64,000 nucleotides of DNA from Gammaproteobacteria bacterium (GCA_965243205.1 CBDEUK010000001.1:192001-256000); one strand, 5' to 3'; positions 18,538 through 29,701 are shown, counted from the first letter of the stretch. Numbers and translations: made by a program. Notes: a model not told the origin generated them from the letters alone.

Positions 18538-20625
18538 TTAGAAATCGATTCTAAGAGACAATCTACCATTAATCGGCTCACCAGTACTAATGTTGTCATC
18601 ATTATGTGATGCAGGGAAATATTCTTCATCAAATAAGTTTTCAATATTTAATTGTAATCTAATGTTATCAGTCACTGTGTAATATGCCGCGGCATCTACT
18701 CTAGTAAACGATGGTAAGACTGTATCATTATCAATTTCAGTAAATTGCTCATCTTGATAAATCAAACCTAAACCTAAACCAAAGCTACTAGTAAAATCAT
18801 AACGGTTCCAAATAGAGAACATATTTTGAGGTACTTCTCTTAAGGTACGATTCTGCTCAACGCCACCAATCAATCGACCATTTTCTTTAGCATCTAAATA
18901 ACTATAACCCGCATTGATTTGCCATTGTGGTGTTACTTGCCCAACTAATTGCAATTCCAAACCTTCGATTTGGCTACTGATACGTATGTTACTGGTAGCA
19001 TCGCTTGGATCGACAGTTGTATCATTATCAAGATTCAAACGAAAAATGGATGATGTAAAACTTAACGCATTTAAAATATCCCACTTAACACCAAACTCAT
19101 AATTTTCAAATACCTGAGGCGCCAAGTTAGCATTAGTCGTACTTAAAGTAAGAAATTGTTCGCCAGAACGTGGTAAAAATGATTCACTGTAACTAGCATA
19201 GATAGAAACATCTTCTTGTGGTTTAAAAATAAATCCTAGTCGCGGTGACAACTTTTTATCAATTCGACCTATTTCCAAATTTGCAGCAATATCATTTACA
19301 TTTAGATCAAATTGATCATAGCGCGCACCTGCAATGATTTGAAAATAATCAGTAACGGTTATTTGATCTTGAATATATAAAGAAGCAACTGTGAGATCTG
19401 AGTCTCTGTTACGATTTACATTTGGAAAACTAAACCCAGGAATACTTAATGGATCTGAGAATATAAAAGTTGAAGTTGCAGCACCACCACCAAAATCAAC
19501 GTTATTTCGTGCATTTTGTGTTTCTTGATCAGCATATTCAAAACCATATAACAATTGATGTTTCATGCCAGCAGTTTCAACATTTGAAAGAAAGTTTATT
19601 TGGGCAATAAAATTTTCTCTTTCTGTAGTATCTCTATAACCACTTAACTCAACTTGATTATTTGCAAAGTCAAAAGGATTATTAGCAAAAAGATTTTGAT
19701 ATATCTTATCAAAATCAGAATATTGAATCGTTGCATTTACTTGATGATTTTCATTGAAATCATGAAATATACGACCTCTTAGAATGTGCGCTTCTAAAGT
19801 AGTGTAATTCGCACTTGGTGAACCAAAAAATGTCTCATAAAAACCTGGGGCAGGTTCGCCATTAAAAGAAGGAATACCACGGTCGACTACTCTATCATCG
19901 TCTATATATTCATATGAAAATTGAGCACGGGTATTTTTACCTAATTTGGCAGCAATAGTCGGGTTAAACGCATAACGCTCTCCATCAAAAAAATCACGAT
20001 GATTTTCAAAACCTTCTGCTAACATGTTCACACGAATTGCGGCGTTATCACTAATATAAGTATTACCATCTGCGGTAAATTGATAAGCACCGAAAGTATC
20101 ACCTGTTGAATTAATGCTAGCAAAACGGTCATTCAATATAGGTGTTTTAGTAACACGATTGATATTACCTGCACCACTACCACGACCAAAGATCATTGCG
20201 TTAGGGCCTTTGTGAACTTCGACACGATCAAGGTTATATAATGGACGAAAATACTGAACATCATCACGGACACCATCTACAAAGAAATCCGCTGTACTAC
20301 GTAGGCCGCGGATAACGATAGCATCGCGATGGCCTTCACCTTGGCTGATACTAAGGCCAGGTGTGTAACGAGTGATGTCAGAAATATCTTGAATCGCTTG
20401 GTCTTGAATTTGTTCTTCGGTAATCACTGATACACTTTGAGGTGTATCAAGCAACGGCACATCTGTTTTAAGACCAGCACTTTTAACAGTCTGATACCCT
20501 TGTTTCTCACCTGTAACAATAATTTCATCAGCTTGTATCACCGCTTCTTCGGCGAGTACATTAGTAGTTGAGAATGTAACTCCCGCAGTAAGAGTGATAA
20601 TTAATATATTTTGAGTTTTTTTCAT
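18538..20625 (-). CDS. TonB-dependent siderophore receptor (Fiu/PiuA-like)
   Basis: plug motifs (DTPQSVSVIT, IRG, RVEVHKGP), beta-barrel, C-terminal Phe; start placed at ATG 20625 (MKKTQ signal peptide). Confidence 0.9.
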   Translation of the reverse strand: MKKTQNILIITLTAGVTFSTTNVLAEEAVIQADEIIVTGEKQGYQTVKSAGLKTDVPLLDTPQSVSVITEEQIQDQAIQDISDITRYTPGLSISQGEGHRDAIVIRGLRSTADFFVDGVRDDVQYFRPLYNLDRVEVHKGPNAMIFGRGSGAGNINRVTKTPILNDRFASINSTGDTFGAYQFTADGNTYISDNAAIRVNMLAEGFENHRDFFDGERYAFNPTIAAKLGKNTRAQFSYEYIDDDRVVDRGIPSFNGEPAPGFYETFFGSPSANYTTLEAHILRGRIFHDFNENHQVNATIQYSDFDKIYQNLFANNPFDFANNQVELSGYRDTTERENFIAQINFLSNVETAGMKHQLLYGFEYADQETQNARNNVDFGGGAATSTFIFSDPLSIPGFSFPNVNRNRDSDLTVASLYIQDQITVTDYFQIIAGARYDQFDLNVNDIAANLEIGRIDKKLSPRLGFIFKPQEDVSIYASYSESFLPRSGEQFLTLSTTNANLAPQVFENYEFGVKWDILNALSFTSSIFRLNLDNDTTVDPSDATSNIRISSQIEGLELQLVGQVTPQWQINAGYSYLDAKENGRLIGGVEQNRTLREVPQNMFSIWNRYDFTSSFGLGLGLIYQDEQFTEIDNDTVLPSFTRVDAAAYYTVTDNIRLQLNIENLFDEEYFPASHNDDNISTGEPINGRLSLRIDF

Positions 20626-20682
20626 TGCTTCGAATCCATCTATATTTTTATACCAATAATGGGAGCTGAAGATTATTCTAAT

Positions 20683-20720
20683 TAAGAACAATTATCAATC
20701 AGTATTTGATTCTTATTACC
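20683..20720 (-). promoter_or_regulatory. two Fur-box-like sites
   Basis: TGATAATTGTTCTTA (11/14 to the 7-1-7 consensus) and GGTAATAAGAATCAAATAC (12/19) upstream of the receptor. Confidence 0.55.
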
Positions 20721-20874
20721 AATTAGAAAAGAAGAAATTAAAATATTTTTCCTTATGTATCAATAGTTTAAAAAATTTCTCGTAATAATTATTTTTCTTA
20801 ATTTAAAAATTTCACATAAATATCGATTATTAATTACTATATAGAACTCAATACTAAAGTATGGATGACAATAC

Positions 20875-21141
20875 ATGGCCGGTGGTTGGTCCCGTGATGG
20901 GGCGGTTCAAGATCAAATAGACGCATCAATTAAAGATGCGATTAAAGAAGCCAAGGCTCAATTACCTAAAGGCGAAAGCTTAACGCATTGCGAAGAATGT
21001 GAAGAGGAAATCCCTCAAGCTCGTCGTGAAGCGGTTCCTGGCGTGCGTTTGTGTGTTGAATGTCAGTCTGAATTAGATGAAGAAGAAAAATCATTAAAAC
21101 TGTTTAATCGACGTGGTAGTAAAGACAGTCAATTAAGATAA
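20875..21141 (+). CDS. DksA/TraR family C4 zinc-finger protein (YbiI-like)
   Basis: MAGGWSRDGAVQDQID, CEEC...CVEC, NRRGSKDSQLR. Confidence 0.92.
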   Translation: MAGGWSRDGAVQDQIDASIKDAIKEAKAQLPKGESLTHCEECEEEIPQARREAVPGVRLCVECQSELDEEEKSLKLFNRRGSKDSQLR

Positions 21142-21167
21142 ACTAACCCTATCTTCAACCCCATTAG

Positions 21168-22943
21168 ATGGAAGGCTCAATGAGTACCTTAAGTTCTTCT
21201 ATGGTTTTTCTCTCTGCTGCAGTCGTAGCAGTCCCTATTTTTAAAAAATTAAAACTGGGAGCTATTCTAGGTTACCTGGTCGCTGGCTTGGTTATCGGAC
21301 CATCTGTTATGAATTGGGTGGACGACCCAGATACCATCTTGCACTTTGCTGAACTCGGTGTGGTATTGCTATTGTTTATTATTGGTTTAGAACTTGAACC
21401 CAATAAACTTTGGCGTTTGCGGAATCAAATTGTTTTAACTGGTGGTGGGCAATTACTTATTACTGCTGTAGTGATTGCACTTCTTCTGAAATATTTCTTA
21501 GCGTTTTCATATATAACATCCATCATCATAGGGTTAGCCCTTGCCTTATCATCAACCGCGTTTGCCATTCAATTGATGACAGAACAAAACATATTACGCA
21601 GCCCTCCAGGACAAAAAGGTTTTGCCATTTTATTAATGCAAGACTTAGCAGTGATACCTATCTTATTACTCGTTGACAGCTTTGCAGTTGATGAACATGG
21701 CGCAGCGCCTGTTTGGTGGTTAAGCCTTGCTATTATTATTTCCGTATTAATAATCGGGCGGTATTTACTGAATCCTTTTTTACGTCTTATCTCACGCTAC
21801 GGCAGTAATGAAATCATGACTGCCGCTGCATTATTAATCGTCATTGCAACTGCAGTCGGTATGCAAGAAGCTGAGCTATCAATGGGTATGGGGGCATTTG
21901 TTGCAGGTATACTGTTAGCCAACTCAAGTTTTCGACATCAATTAGAAACCGAAATCGAACCGTTTAAAGGTTTATTGTTAGGTTTATTTTTTATCGCGAT
22001 CGGTATGCATCTCGATTTAAGTCTTCTCGTTGCAAAACCTATTTTTATTCTGAGTGCGTCCCTTATATTAGTGCTTATAAAATTACTGATCATCTATGGC
22101 ATTTTGCGTCTCAATAAGCAAACAAATATCGATTCAATTCGAATTGGTTTAATGTTGTCACAAGGCGGTGAGTTTGCTTTCGTTGTGATGAGCCACGCTG
22201 CATCAAATGGCATATTTAATATAGACCTTGCTAATGAAGTTACATTGATAGTTGGTATATCAATGGCATTAACATCGCCATTGGTTATTTTACAAAGTAT
22301 TCTTTTTAGCAGTCGTAATTGTCCTCCAGTCTATGACACCAGTCGTGATACAGATGAACCTCAAATTATTATCGCTGGGTTTGGTCGCTTCGGACAAATT
22401 ACTGCGAGAATTTTAAGCGCGAATCATATTCCTTTTACCGCTTTGGATAAGGATGCTGAACATATCGAATTTGTGAAAAAATTTGGCAGTAAAATCTTTT
22501 ATGGTGATGCCTGTCGTTTAGACTTATTAAAAACCGCTGGGATAGAGCATGCTAAAGTGATTCTAATCAGTGTGGATAGCGATGAGGACGGTTTAAAAAT
22601 CACAAAACTAGTACGTGAAAATTATCCACACATTAATATTATCGCTAGAGCACATAATCGTTTATCCGCAATGAAGTACGCTGAATTAGGCGTCACAAAC
22701 TATGTAAGAGAAGTATTTGCAGGCAGCCTTGAAGCAGCGCAAATGGTGTTACAGGAATATGGTTTTTCAGCTGCAGAAGCAGAAAATATGGCTCAGGTAT
22801 TCTCTGCTCATGATTTCGCAATTCTAAATAAGGCAATTGAAGAAAAAATGGATATGCAACAATTAATTGATGTCAGTGAACAAAACCGCAAAGAATTACA
22901 ATCATTATTTACACAAGATGAAAAAGAGATTACTCAGCATTAA
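21168..22943 (+). CDS. KefB/KefC-type potassium/proton antiporter (CPA2 + TrkA-N)
   Basis: HFAELGVVLLLFIIGLEL, QDLA, SQGGEFAFV, GFGRFGQ. Confidence 0.9.
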   Translation: MEGSMSTLSSSMVFLSAAVVAVPIFKKLKLGAILGYLVAGLVIGPSVMNWVDDPDTILHFAELGVVLLLFIIGLELEPNKLWRLRNQIVLTGGGQLLITAVVIALLLKYFLAFSYITSIIIGLALALSSTAFAIQLMTEQNILRSPPGQKGFAILLMQDLAVIPILLLVDSFAVDEHGAAPVWWLSLAIIISVLIIGRYLLNPFLRLISRYGSNEIMTAAALLIVIATAVGMQEAELSMGMGAFVAGILLANSSFRHQLETEIEPFKGLLLGLFFIAIGMHLDLSLLVAKPIFILSASLILVLIKLLIIYGILRLNKQTNIDSIRIGLMLSQGGEFAFVVMSHAASNGIFNIDLANEVTLIVGISMALTSPLVILQSILFSSRNCPPVYDTSRDTDEPQIIIAGFGRFGQITARILSANHIPFTALDKDAEHIEFVKKFGSKIFYGDACRLDLLKTAGIEHAKVILISVDSDEDGLKITKLVRENYPHINIIARAHNRLSAMKYAELGVTNYVREVFAGSLEAAQMVLQEYGFSAAEAENMAQVFSAHDFAILNKAIEEKMDMQQLIDVSEQNRKELQSLFTQDEKEITQH

Positions 22944-23022
22944 ATAATGTTGATTGCTATAAATCACATATATTTGATATTGATCATATAAATTAATAAT
23001 TTAAACAATTACTATCACATAA

Positions 23023-24726
23023 ATGCATACACATCTCATTCAAGATACTGTCATTTTATTTTCATTAGCCGTTTGCGCGGTCATTCTATTTCGACGTTTT
23101 AATCTCCCCGCTATATTAGGTTACCTATTCGTAGGTATTATTGCTGGACCTTATTTATTAGGTTGGATGCAATCTAATGAAACAACACATTTACTGGGTG
23201 AAATCGGTGTTGTTTTTTTACTGTTTACTATTGGTCTAGAATTCTCATTTACAAAATTCCTACGCATGCGTAATGCATTATTTGGTTTAGGAGGAACTCA
23301 AGTATTAATAGGGACAATATCAGGTATGTTGATAGCAATATGGATTGGTATCAAATGGGAAGCAGCATTGATTATTGGTGGTGCTCTCGCTTTATCATCA
23401 ACAGCCATTGTGCTCAAACAATTAGGCGAACAGTTAGAACTTAACAAACCTCATGGAAGAGTCGCATTAAGTATTTTATTGTTTCAAGATATAGCAGCGA
23501 TCCCTTTTCTTGTCATGATCCCTGTATTTGCTTCTGATAACACTGAAAACATGAATATGCTTTTGATAATGGCATTAGGTAAAGGAGTGATTGCGTTACT
23601 GATTTTATTGGGCATAGGACGTTGGTTATTGCGACCGATATTTCATGAAGTAGCTAACTTACGTTCACAAGAATTATTTACTTTAACTGTATTGCTTATT
23701 GCTTTACTGGCTGCTTGGTTAACTTATTTAATGGGCTTATCTTTAGCACTAGGTGCTTTTATTGCTGGCATGATGCTTGGTGAAACTGAATACAGGCATC
23801 AAATAGAAACTGAAATAAGGCCATTTCGAGATGTATTAATGGGTTTGTTTTTTATAACGGTAGGTATGCAATTAAATATATTTGCTGTTATTAATAGTTG
23901 GTATTGGGTCGGGTTATTATTAGTTGGGCTTATGTTAGGTAAAGGTATATTTATCGGTTTTCTAACTCGATTTGCAAATTACTCGAATGCAACAGCTGTA
24001 AAGTCTGGAATTGTCTTAGGTCAAGGTGGTGAATTTGGTATTGCGTTACTTAGTTTATCATTATCAACTGGCTTAATTAATCATGAAGAAATACAACCTG
24101 TATTAGCGGCGATTATTCTATCGATGGCTTTAGCACCTTTATTTATTCGGTACAGTGAATCACTAACGAATCGTTTATTAAAGCCAAATGATAATGACGT
24201 TATCGATAATGAGGTTGAAATAGTTAATGAAGAGCGAACAAAGCATATTATTTTGTGCGGGTATGGCAGAACTGGGCAACGTATTCAAAAAGTTTTAGAA
24301 CAACAACATATTAAAACTGTTGCAATTGATAACGACTCAAAAGTTATTAATGCTACTAGAAAAAATAACCAAGAAATTTACTTCGGAGATGCTTCAGATA
24401 TTCGAATTCTTGAATCGCTCGGTTTAAGCAATGCAGCGGCAGTACTAATTACATTTAATGATATAGAGCGTAGTAAAAATATCGTAACCGCTCTTAGACA
24501 AACTAATTATGAAATACCGATTATATCAAGAGCCTATAATCAGGAAGAAATGGAAATATTAATCGATGCTGGTGCTACCGAAGTAGTACCTGAGGATTTA
24601 GAAACCAGTTTGATGTTAGTGACACAACTTTTATTAATTATTGGTATGCCGCTCGATGACGTTTTGAATGAGTTGAACAATATTAAAAAAGATCATTACC
24701 ATCTACTCAGTGATAGTAAAATTTAA
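23023..24726 (+). CDS. second CPA2-family cation/proton antiporter with TrkA-N domain
   Basis: GEIGVVFLLFTIGLEF, FQDIA, QGGEFG, GYGRTGQ. Confidence 0.9.
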   Translation: MHTHLIQDTVILFSLAVCAVILFRRFNLPAILGYLFVGIIAGPYLLGWMQSNETTHLLGEIGVVFLLFTIGLEFSFTKFLRMRNALFGLGGTQVLIGTISGMLIAIWIGIKWEAALIIGGALALSSTAIVLKQLGEQLELNKPHGRVALSILLFQDIAAIPFLVMIPVFASDNTENMNMLLIMALGKGVIALLILLGIGRWLLRPIFHEVANLRSQELFTLTVLLIALLAAWLTYLMGLSLALGAFIAGMMLGETEYRHQIETEIRPFRDVLMGLFFITVGMQLNIFAVINSWYWVGLLLVGLMLGKGIFIGFLTRFANYSNATAVKSGIVLGQGGEFGIALLSLSLSTGLINHEEIQPVLAAIILSMALAPLFIRYSESLTNRLLKPNDNDVIDNEVEIVNEERTKHIILCGYGRTGQRIQKVLEQQHIKTVAIDNDSKVINATRKNNQEIYFGDASDIRILESLGLSNAAAVLITFNDIERSKNIVTALRQTNYEIPIISRAYNQEEMEILIDAGATEVVPEDLETSLMLVTQLLLIIGMPLDDVLNELNNIKKDHYHLLSDSKI

Positions 24727-24741
24727 TTCCGTTATCTCAGA

Positions 24742-25338
24742 CTAATCTACAAGCGTTCTACCAGCTAAAGCCCTTGATACAGTATTACTATCAATATACT
24801 CAAGCTCTCCACCCATTGGAATACCATGCGCTAGGCGTGTTACTTTAACATTATACTTTCGCACCATTTCACTAATAAAATGCGCTGTTGCTTCACCTTC
24901 AACCGTCGCACTCGTTGCTAGTATCACTTCGTCAACCCCACCCTGCTCTACGATTGAGTTTAATTGATTTAACCCAAGATCTTCTGGTCCTATTCCATCT
25001 AAAGGTGATAAATGTCCCATCAATACAAAATACAACCCACGATAATGCGCATCTTCAATCGCGTAGACATCCGCAGGGCTTTCAACGACACATAACAAAG
25101 AACGGTCACGTTTTGGACTGGAACAATAATCACATAGATCATTTTCACTAAAGGTGCGGCAATTTTTACAATGCCCAATATTTTCCATGGCTTCTTGTAA
25201 AATTCCACCTAACTTAATTGCGCCTTTACGGTTACGTTGTAATAAATGGTAAGCAATACGTTGAGCAGATTTACGGCCAATACCTGGCATACAACATAAC
25301 GACTCAATAAGATCGTTTAGTAATGGGGTATCAGCCAT
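24742..25338 (-). CDS. recR: recombination mediator RecR
   Basis: MPGIGRKSAQR, C4 zinc finger, TOPRIM (TVEGEATA, RLAHGIPMGGELEY). Confidence 0.97.
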   Translation of the reverse strand: MADTPLLNDLIESLCCMPGIGRKSAQRIAYHLLQRNRKGAIKLGGILQEAMENIGHCKNCRTFSENDLCDYCSSPKRDRSLLCVVESPADVYAIEDAHYRGLYFVLMGHLSPLDGIGPEDLGLNQLNSIVEQGGVDEVILATSATVEGEATAHFISEMVRKYNVKVTRLAHGIPMGGELEYIDSNTVSRALAGRTLVD

Positions 25339-25395
25339 AGTTTTTATAAATTTGTCTTATATTTTTGAAAACGTTATCAGACTGGACTTTGTATA

Positions 25396-25719
25396 TTAGA
25401 ACGGTAACTTCATGCCTGGAGGCAAACCCATACCACCTGCTAAACCAGACATTTTTTCCTGTGTTTCAGTATCAACGCGTCGGTTAGCATCATTCACGGC
25501 AGCTGCGATTAAATCTTCCAGCATTTCTTTATCATCATTAACAATACTCGGATCAATTTCTACTCGTTTAACATCGTGCTTACAGGTCATAGTGACTTTA
25601 ACTAAGCCTGCACCAGATTCACCAGTGACTTCAATGCTTTCTAATTCTGCTTGCGCCTTCTGCATATTTTCCTGCATTTTTTGCGCTTGCTTCATAATAT
25701 TACCAAGTCCGCCTTTCAT
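25396..25719 (-). CDS. ybaB: YbaB/EbfC nucleoid-associated protein
   Basis: [30 protein letters not shown]; lies between dnaX and recR. Confidence 0.96.
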   Translation of the reverse strand: MKGGLGNIMKQAQKMQENMQKAQAELESIEVTGESGAGLVKVTMTCKHDVKRVEIDPSIVNDDKEMLEDLIAAAVNDANRRVDTETQEKMSGLAGGMGLPPGMKLPF

Positions 25720-25746
25720 AATGTTACCTCAATAAATTTAATATCT

Positions 25747-27315
25747 TTAAACTGGTTTAATCGTACTTTCATCAACTTGTATGCCAAAGGCATCTTGTAA
25801 AGCGCTGACATTAGGATCATTTGCAATCGATACTTTTGCTGAAGCTAAAGCTTCATTGTTTTCACGTTGTTTTTGTTGTGCCGGTGTTTCTGTCATAACA
25901 TCTTGTACAGTTATATTTAATTTAATATGTTCGCCTAATAATTTTTTAACCGATTGCTCTAATTTCTGAGATTGATTTGATTTTAATAAATGTTCTTGTT
26001 CAGATGACACTAATAAATCAATACGACTATCAGTACAATTTTCTAATACGCAATGTGAAGCAAACTCTTTGGTTAGCCCTGTTAGAGACATTTTTTCTAA
26101 CATCTCATTCCATTCATCCGTACTTAAAGTTTTAATATCTTTAGGAGCGATGGCCTGAGATTCTTGTTCAGATTCCGATTCAGTACTTGTTTGTTGTTTA
26201 GGCTCTACTGATTTAGTTATTTGTTTAACGTTACTCGGTGGAATTGGTTTTTGTGGTTGAAATGCCATCATTCGAATAAGTGTCATCTCAAAACCCATTT
26301 TTGCATCGGGTGATAGATATAAATCACGACGACCCGTCAAAGCAATTTGATACAACAACTGTATAAACTCTTTATCCGCTTGTTCAGCTAACGTTAAAAG
26401 CTCAGGTTCGTTATCATTAGGTGCCATTTGTAAAATAGCAATATTTTGTAAAACGCTCAGCATTTCACTTAGTACTTGATCGTAATCAGGATTGTGTTCC
26501 GATATTTGTTGAATGTTATCAAATACTGCAACTGCATCGCCTGTAAGAATATTTCCTACTAAACCAATTAAGTCACTACTATCAATAGCACCCAACATCG
26601 CTTGTACTTGCGCATGTTCTAACTTTCCACCGCCATAGGCAATCGCTTGATCTAATAAACTCAACGCATCACGTAAACTACCGTTCGCTGCTTTGGCAAT
26701 CATTCGACATGACTTATCGTCAGATTCAACCTTCTCTTGTTCTAAAATAAATTTAATTTGCTGTTCAATTTGTTCAACATTGATATGTTTTAAATTGAAT
26801 TGTAAACAGCGCGATAGAATAGTGACTGGGACTTTTTTTGATTCCGTGGTGGCTAATAAAAACTTCACATGTGGTGGCGGTTCTTCCAGTGTTTTTAACA
26901 AAGCATTAAAACTGTGATTAGAGAACATGTGAACCTCATCGATAAGGTAAACTTTATAACGGCCTACGCTTGGTGCATATTGCACGTTATCCATTAAATC
27001 TCGAGTTTCATCGACTTTGGCTCTAGATGCGGCATCGACTTCGATTAGATCAACAAATCTGCCTTCATCAATCGCAACACAAGCACTGCATTTGCCACAA
27101 GGTTTCGAGCTAACGCCTTCCTCACAATTTAGGCATTTAGCTAATACGCGGGCAACCGTAGTTTTGCCGACACCACGGGTTCCAGTGAATAGATAGGCAT
27201 GATGTAAGCGGTCGTTATCCAAAGCATTGACCAGAGCTTTTAATACATGCTCTTGTCCCATCATTTCCTCAAAAAAACGAGGACGCCATTTACGCGCTAA
27301 AACTTGATAACTCAT
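25747..27315 (-). CDS. dnaX: DNA polymerase III subunit gamma/tau
   Basis: MSYQVLARKWRP, GTRGVGKT, IDEVHM, SRC. Confidence 0.97.
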   Translation of the reverse strand: MSYQVLARKWRPRFFEEMMGQEHVLKALVNALDNDRLHHAYLFTGTRGVGKTTVARVLAKCLNCEEGVSSKPCGKCSACVAIDEGRFVDLIEVDAASRAKVDETRDLMDNVQYAPSVGRYKVYLIDEVHMFSNHSFNALLKTLEEPPPHVKFLLATTESKKVPVTILSRCLQFNLKHINVEQIEQQIKFILEQEKVESDDKSCRMIAKAANGSLRDALSLLDQAIAYGGGKLEHAQVQAMLGAIDSSDLIGLVGNILTGDAVAVFDNIQQISEHNPDYDQVLSEMLSVLQNIAILQMAPNDNEPELLTLAEQADKEFIQLLYQIALTGRRDLYLSPDAKMGFEMTLIRMMAFQPQKPIPPSNVKQITKSVEPKQQTSTESESEQESQAIAPKDIKTLSTDEWNEMLEKMSLTGLTKEFASHCVLENCTDSRIDLLVSSEQEHLLKSNQSQKLEQSVKKLLGEHIKLNITVQDVMTETPAQQKQRENNEALASAKVSIANDPNVSALQDAFGIQVDESTIKPV

Positions 27316-27364
27316 TTAATCAGCAAAAACCTTATTTGAGTGTATACATTATTATAGTAAGGGA

Positions 27365-27476
<112 letters not shown>

Positions 27477-27601
27477 ATAAAGAGGCTAATCTTAACAATT
27501 ATCAGATGGCGTGAATAGTGCGCATTTATAAACTAACTTATTGAATATTGAAAAAAAATGTTCAATTTAAAACCAGTATTTTTCCCTAAACACTTGCTAT
27601 T

Positions 27602-27617
27602 ATTACATAATGTTAAT
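27602..27617 (+). promoter_or_regulatory. CusR/CzcR-like box (putative autoregulatory site)
   Basis: ATTAC-ATAATG-TTAAT, one mismatch to ATTAC-N6-GTAAT. Confidence 0.45.
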
Positions 27618-27695
27618 AGACCATTATCTTATAATTAGGTCTATCCATGCTATGTTATAAAATTAATCAGTATTAAAAGGCTCTAAAATAATTAT

Positions 27696-28379
27696 ATGCG
27701 GCTATTACTCATAGAAGACGATAAGGAAGTCTCTAACTACGTTCATAAAGGGATGAACGAAGCAGGTCATACCATTGATGTTGCTGATAATGGCAAAGAC
27801 GGTCTATTTATGGCAACCACTGAAAAATATGATGTCATAATAGCCGATAGAATGCTGCCCGAATTGGATGGTTTAACCATTATCAAAACATTGAGGGGTG
27901 CTGATAATCAAGTCCCAGTGTTAATCTTAAGTGCTCTTGGCGACGTCGATGATCGCGTCGATGGCTTACGCTCTGGTGGCGATGATTATTTAACCAAACC
28001 ATTCGCATTCGCTGAATTACTTGCCCGTATTGAAATTTTAAGCAAACGAAATAGCACTTCTTCAAATAACGAAGTTACAAAATTACAAACTGGCGATTTA
28101 AAGATGGATCTTCTTGCAAGAAAGGTCTCTCGAGGTTCACAAAATATCGATTTACAATCAAGAGAATTTAGGTTGCTTGAATATATGCTGAGGCATAAGG
28201 GACAAGTAGTTACTCGTACAATGTTGCTTGAACATGTCTGGGATTACCATTTTGACCCTCAGACCAATGTTATTGATGTACATATCAGTCGTCTTCGCAG
28301 TAAAATTGATAAAGATTTTGATCAACAACTCATAAGAACCATCCGCGGAGCTGGCTATATCATAGAAGATGCAGGTTAG
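27696..28379 (+). CDS. OmpR-family response regulator (CusR/CzcR-like)
   Basis: receiver domain (IEDD, DRMLP, DDYLTKPF) plus winged helix (VWDYHFDPQTNVIDVHISRLR). Confidence 0.93.
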   Translation: MRLLLIEDDKEVSNYVHKGMNEAGHTIDVADNGKDGLFMATTEKYDVIIADRMLPELDGLTIIKTLRGADNQVPVLILSALGDVDDRVDGLRSGGDDYLTKPFAFAELLARIEILSKRNSTSSNNEVTKLQTGDLKMDLLARKVSRGSQNIDLQSREFRLLEYMLRHKGQVVTRTMLLEHVWDYHFDPQTNVIDVHISRLRSKIDKDFDQQLIRTIRGAGYIIEDAG

Positions 28380-29655
28380 AAATTATACTCGAAGTTCCAG
28401 CTTCCAAATGGCTTTATTGTTTACCATTTTATGTGGTATTGCCATTGCCATCCTTGCCTATTTCACATTTTACTTCACTCGCGGACATTTTATCGAATAC
28501 ACAGAAAATGTGATCGATACGGAAATAAAATTTATTTCCTTATTAAATGATGCTTCAAAAATGCCTGATGAGAACAGTATGGTTATTTTTGTGCCATTTA
28601 ATGAGGATGGCAGTCGACCTGAAAATATTCCTGATTCCATTTCGACTTTATCGGAAGGAACAGTTGTTTTTAAAAATGAAATTGATGGTAAGACCTATGC
28701 CGCAAAAATACACACCTTTGAAGACGGCCGTAAAATTTTAGTCGGTGTTGATATCACCATGATAGATATGGATTTCAAACTCATGGCTTGGTTAGGTAGC
28801 ATCAGTATCGTATTAATCATTATCGTTATCTTAATCAGTTATTTTTTAAGTTTCTTTGTTGTAAAAGGAACTAATAAAATTGCCAAGTCTGCGCAGGAGA
28901 TCATGGATACAGGCGACTTATCACGGCGTCTAGAAGTTACATCACGCTGGGATGACTTAGGTAATATGACAATGGTGCTGAATCGAATGTTGGATCGGTG
29001 CCAAGAACTAATGGAAGGTATTAAACAAGTTTCAAATAATATTGCGCATGATCTTCGAACACCTTTAACACGCATGCGAAATACAATCGAATCGCTTGAT
29101 AAATCTTCACCTTCACAAGAAACCCAGACCTTATTATCCGAAGCCGATCATTTATTAAACACTTTCAATGCTCTACTCAGAATTTCTCGAATAGAAACTG
29201 GAAAGCAATCAAGCAGCATGCATGAACTTTGCTTAGGTGAATTGATAAATGATGTTGTCTCATTTTACGAACCGCTAGCAGAAGAAAAATCTATTCAGTT
29301 ACTTGTCGAAACGAATGACATAGAATATTCAGGGGATAAAAATTTATTATTTCAAGCGTATGCAAACTTAGTCGACAATGCAATTAAATACACACCTCAT
29401 CATGGCATTATAAAAATCATTCAAAACACTACCGATACAAAAAAACATCAAATTACGATAGAAGATAATGGAACAGGTATCCCTGAATCTGAAATCGATA
29501 TGGTATTTGAACGTTTTTATCGCTGTGAAAAAAGCCGCAGTTCATCTGGCACAGGGCTTGGTTTAAGTTTAGTCAAAGCGGTTATTGAACTACATAAAGG
29601 CAGTATTCAACTCATCAATATTCAAAAAGGCCTAAAAATCATTACCGTATTGTAA
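28369..29655 (+). CDS. sensor histidine kinase (2 TM, HAMP, HisKA, HATPase)
   Basis: IAHDLRTPL, NLVDNAIKY, DNGTGI, GTGLGLSLV. Confidence 0.93.
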   Translation: MQVRNYTRSSSFQMALLFTILCGIAIAILAYFTFYFTRGHFIEYTENVIDTEIKFISLLNDASKMPDENSMVIFVPFNEDGSRPENIPDSISTLSEGTVVFKNEIDGKTYAAKIHTFEDGRKILVGVDITMIDMDFKLMAWLGSISIVLIIIVILISYFLSFFVVKGTNKIAKSAQEIMDTGDLSRRLEVTSRWDDLGNMTMVLNRMLDRCQELMEGIKQVSNNIAHDLRTPLTRMRNTIESLDKSSPSQETQTLLSEADHLLNTFNALLRISRIETGKQSSSMHELCLGELINDVVSFYEPLAEEKSIQLLVETNDIEYSGDKNLLFQAYANLVDNAIKYTPHHGIIKIIQNTTDTKKHQITIEDNGTGIPESEIDMVFERFYRCEKSRSSSGTGLGLSLVKAVIELHKGSIQLINIQKGLKIITVL

Positions 29656-29656
29656 T
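29641..29656 (+). promoter_or_regulatory. CusR/CzcR-like box upstream of the lipid-modification operon
   Basis: perfect ATTAC-CGTATT-GTAAT overlapping the kinase stop codon. Confidence 0.5.
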
Positions 29657-29701
29657 CATTGAGTTAGACATTGGTAAATCAGCAATGTTGATAATCGTTT
29701 A

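Noticed and set aside
25412-25735. antisense ORFs over ybaB and many other genes (RND permease, cheA, motC, flhG etc.)
   Set aside because: Shadow frames of well-supported genes on the opposite strand, with no independent motifs.
26831-26840. A7G run in dnaX as a programmed -1 frameshift site
   Set aside because: It lies near codon 160 inside the AAA+ domain, far too early to yield a gamma subunit.
27506-27526. TGGCG... as a distal att copy of the tRNA-Ser end next to ffs
   Set aside because: Only 5 contiguous matching bases; indistinguishable from chance.
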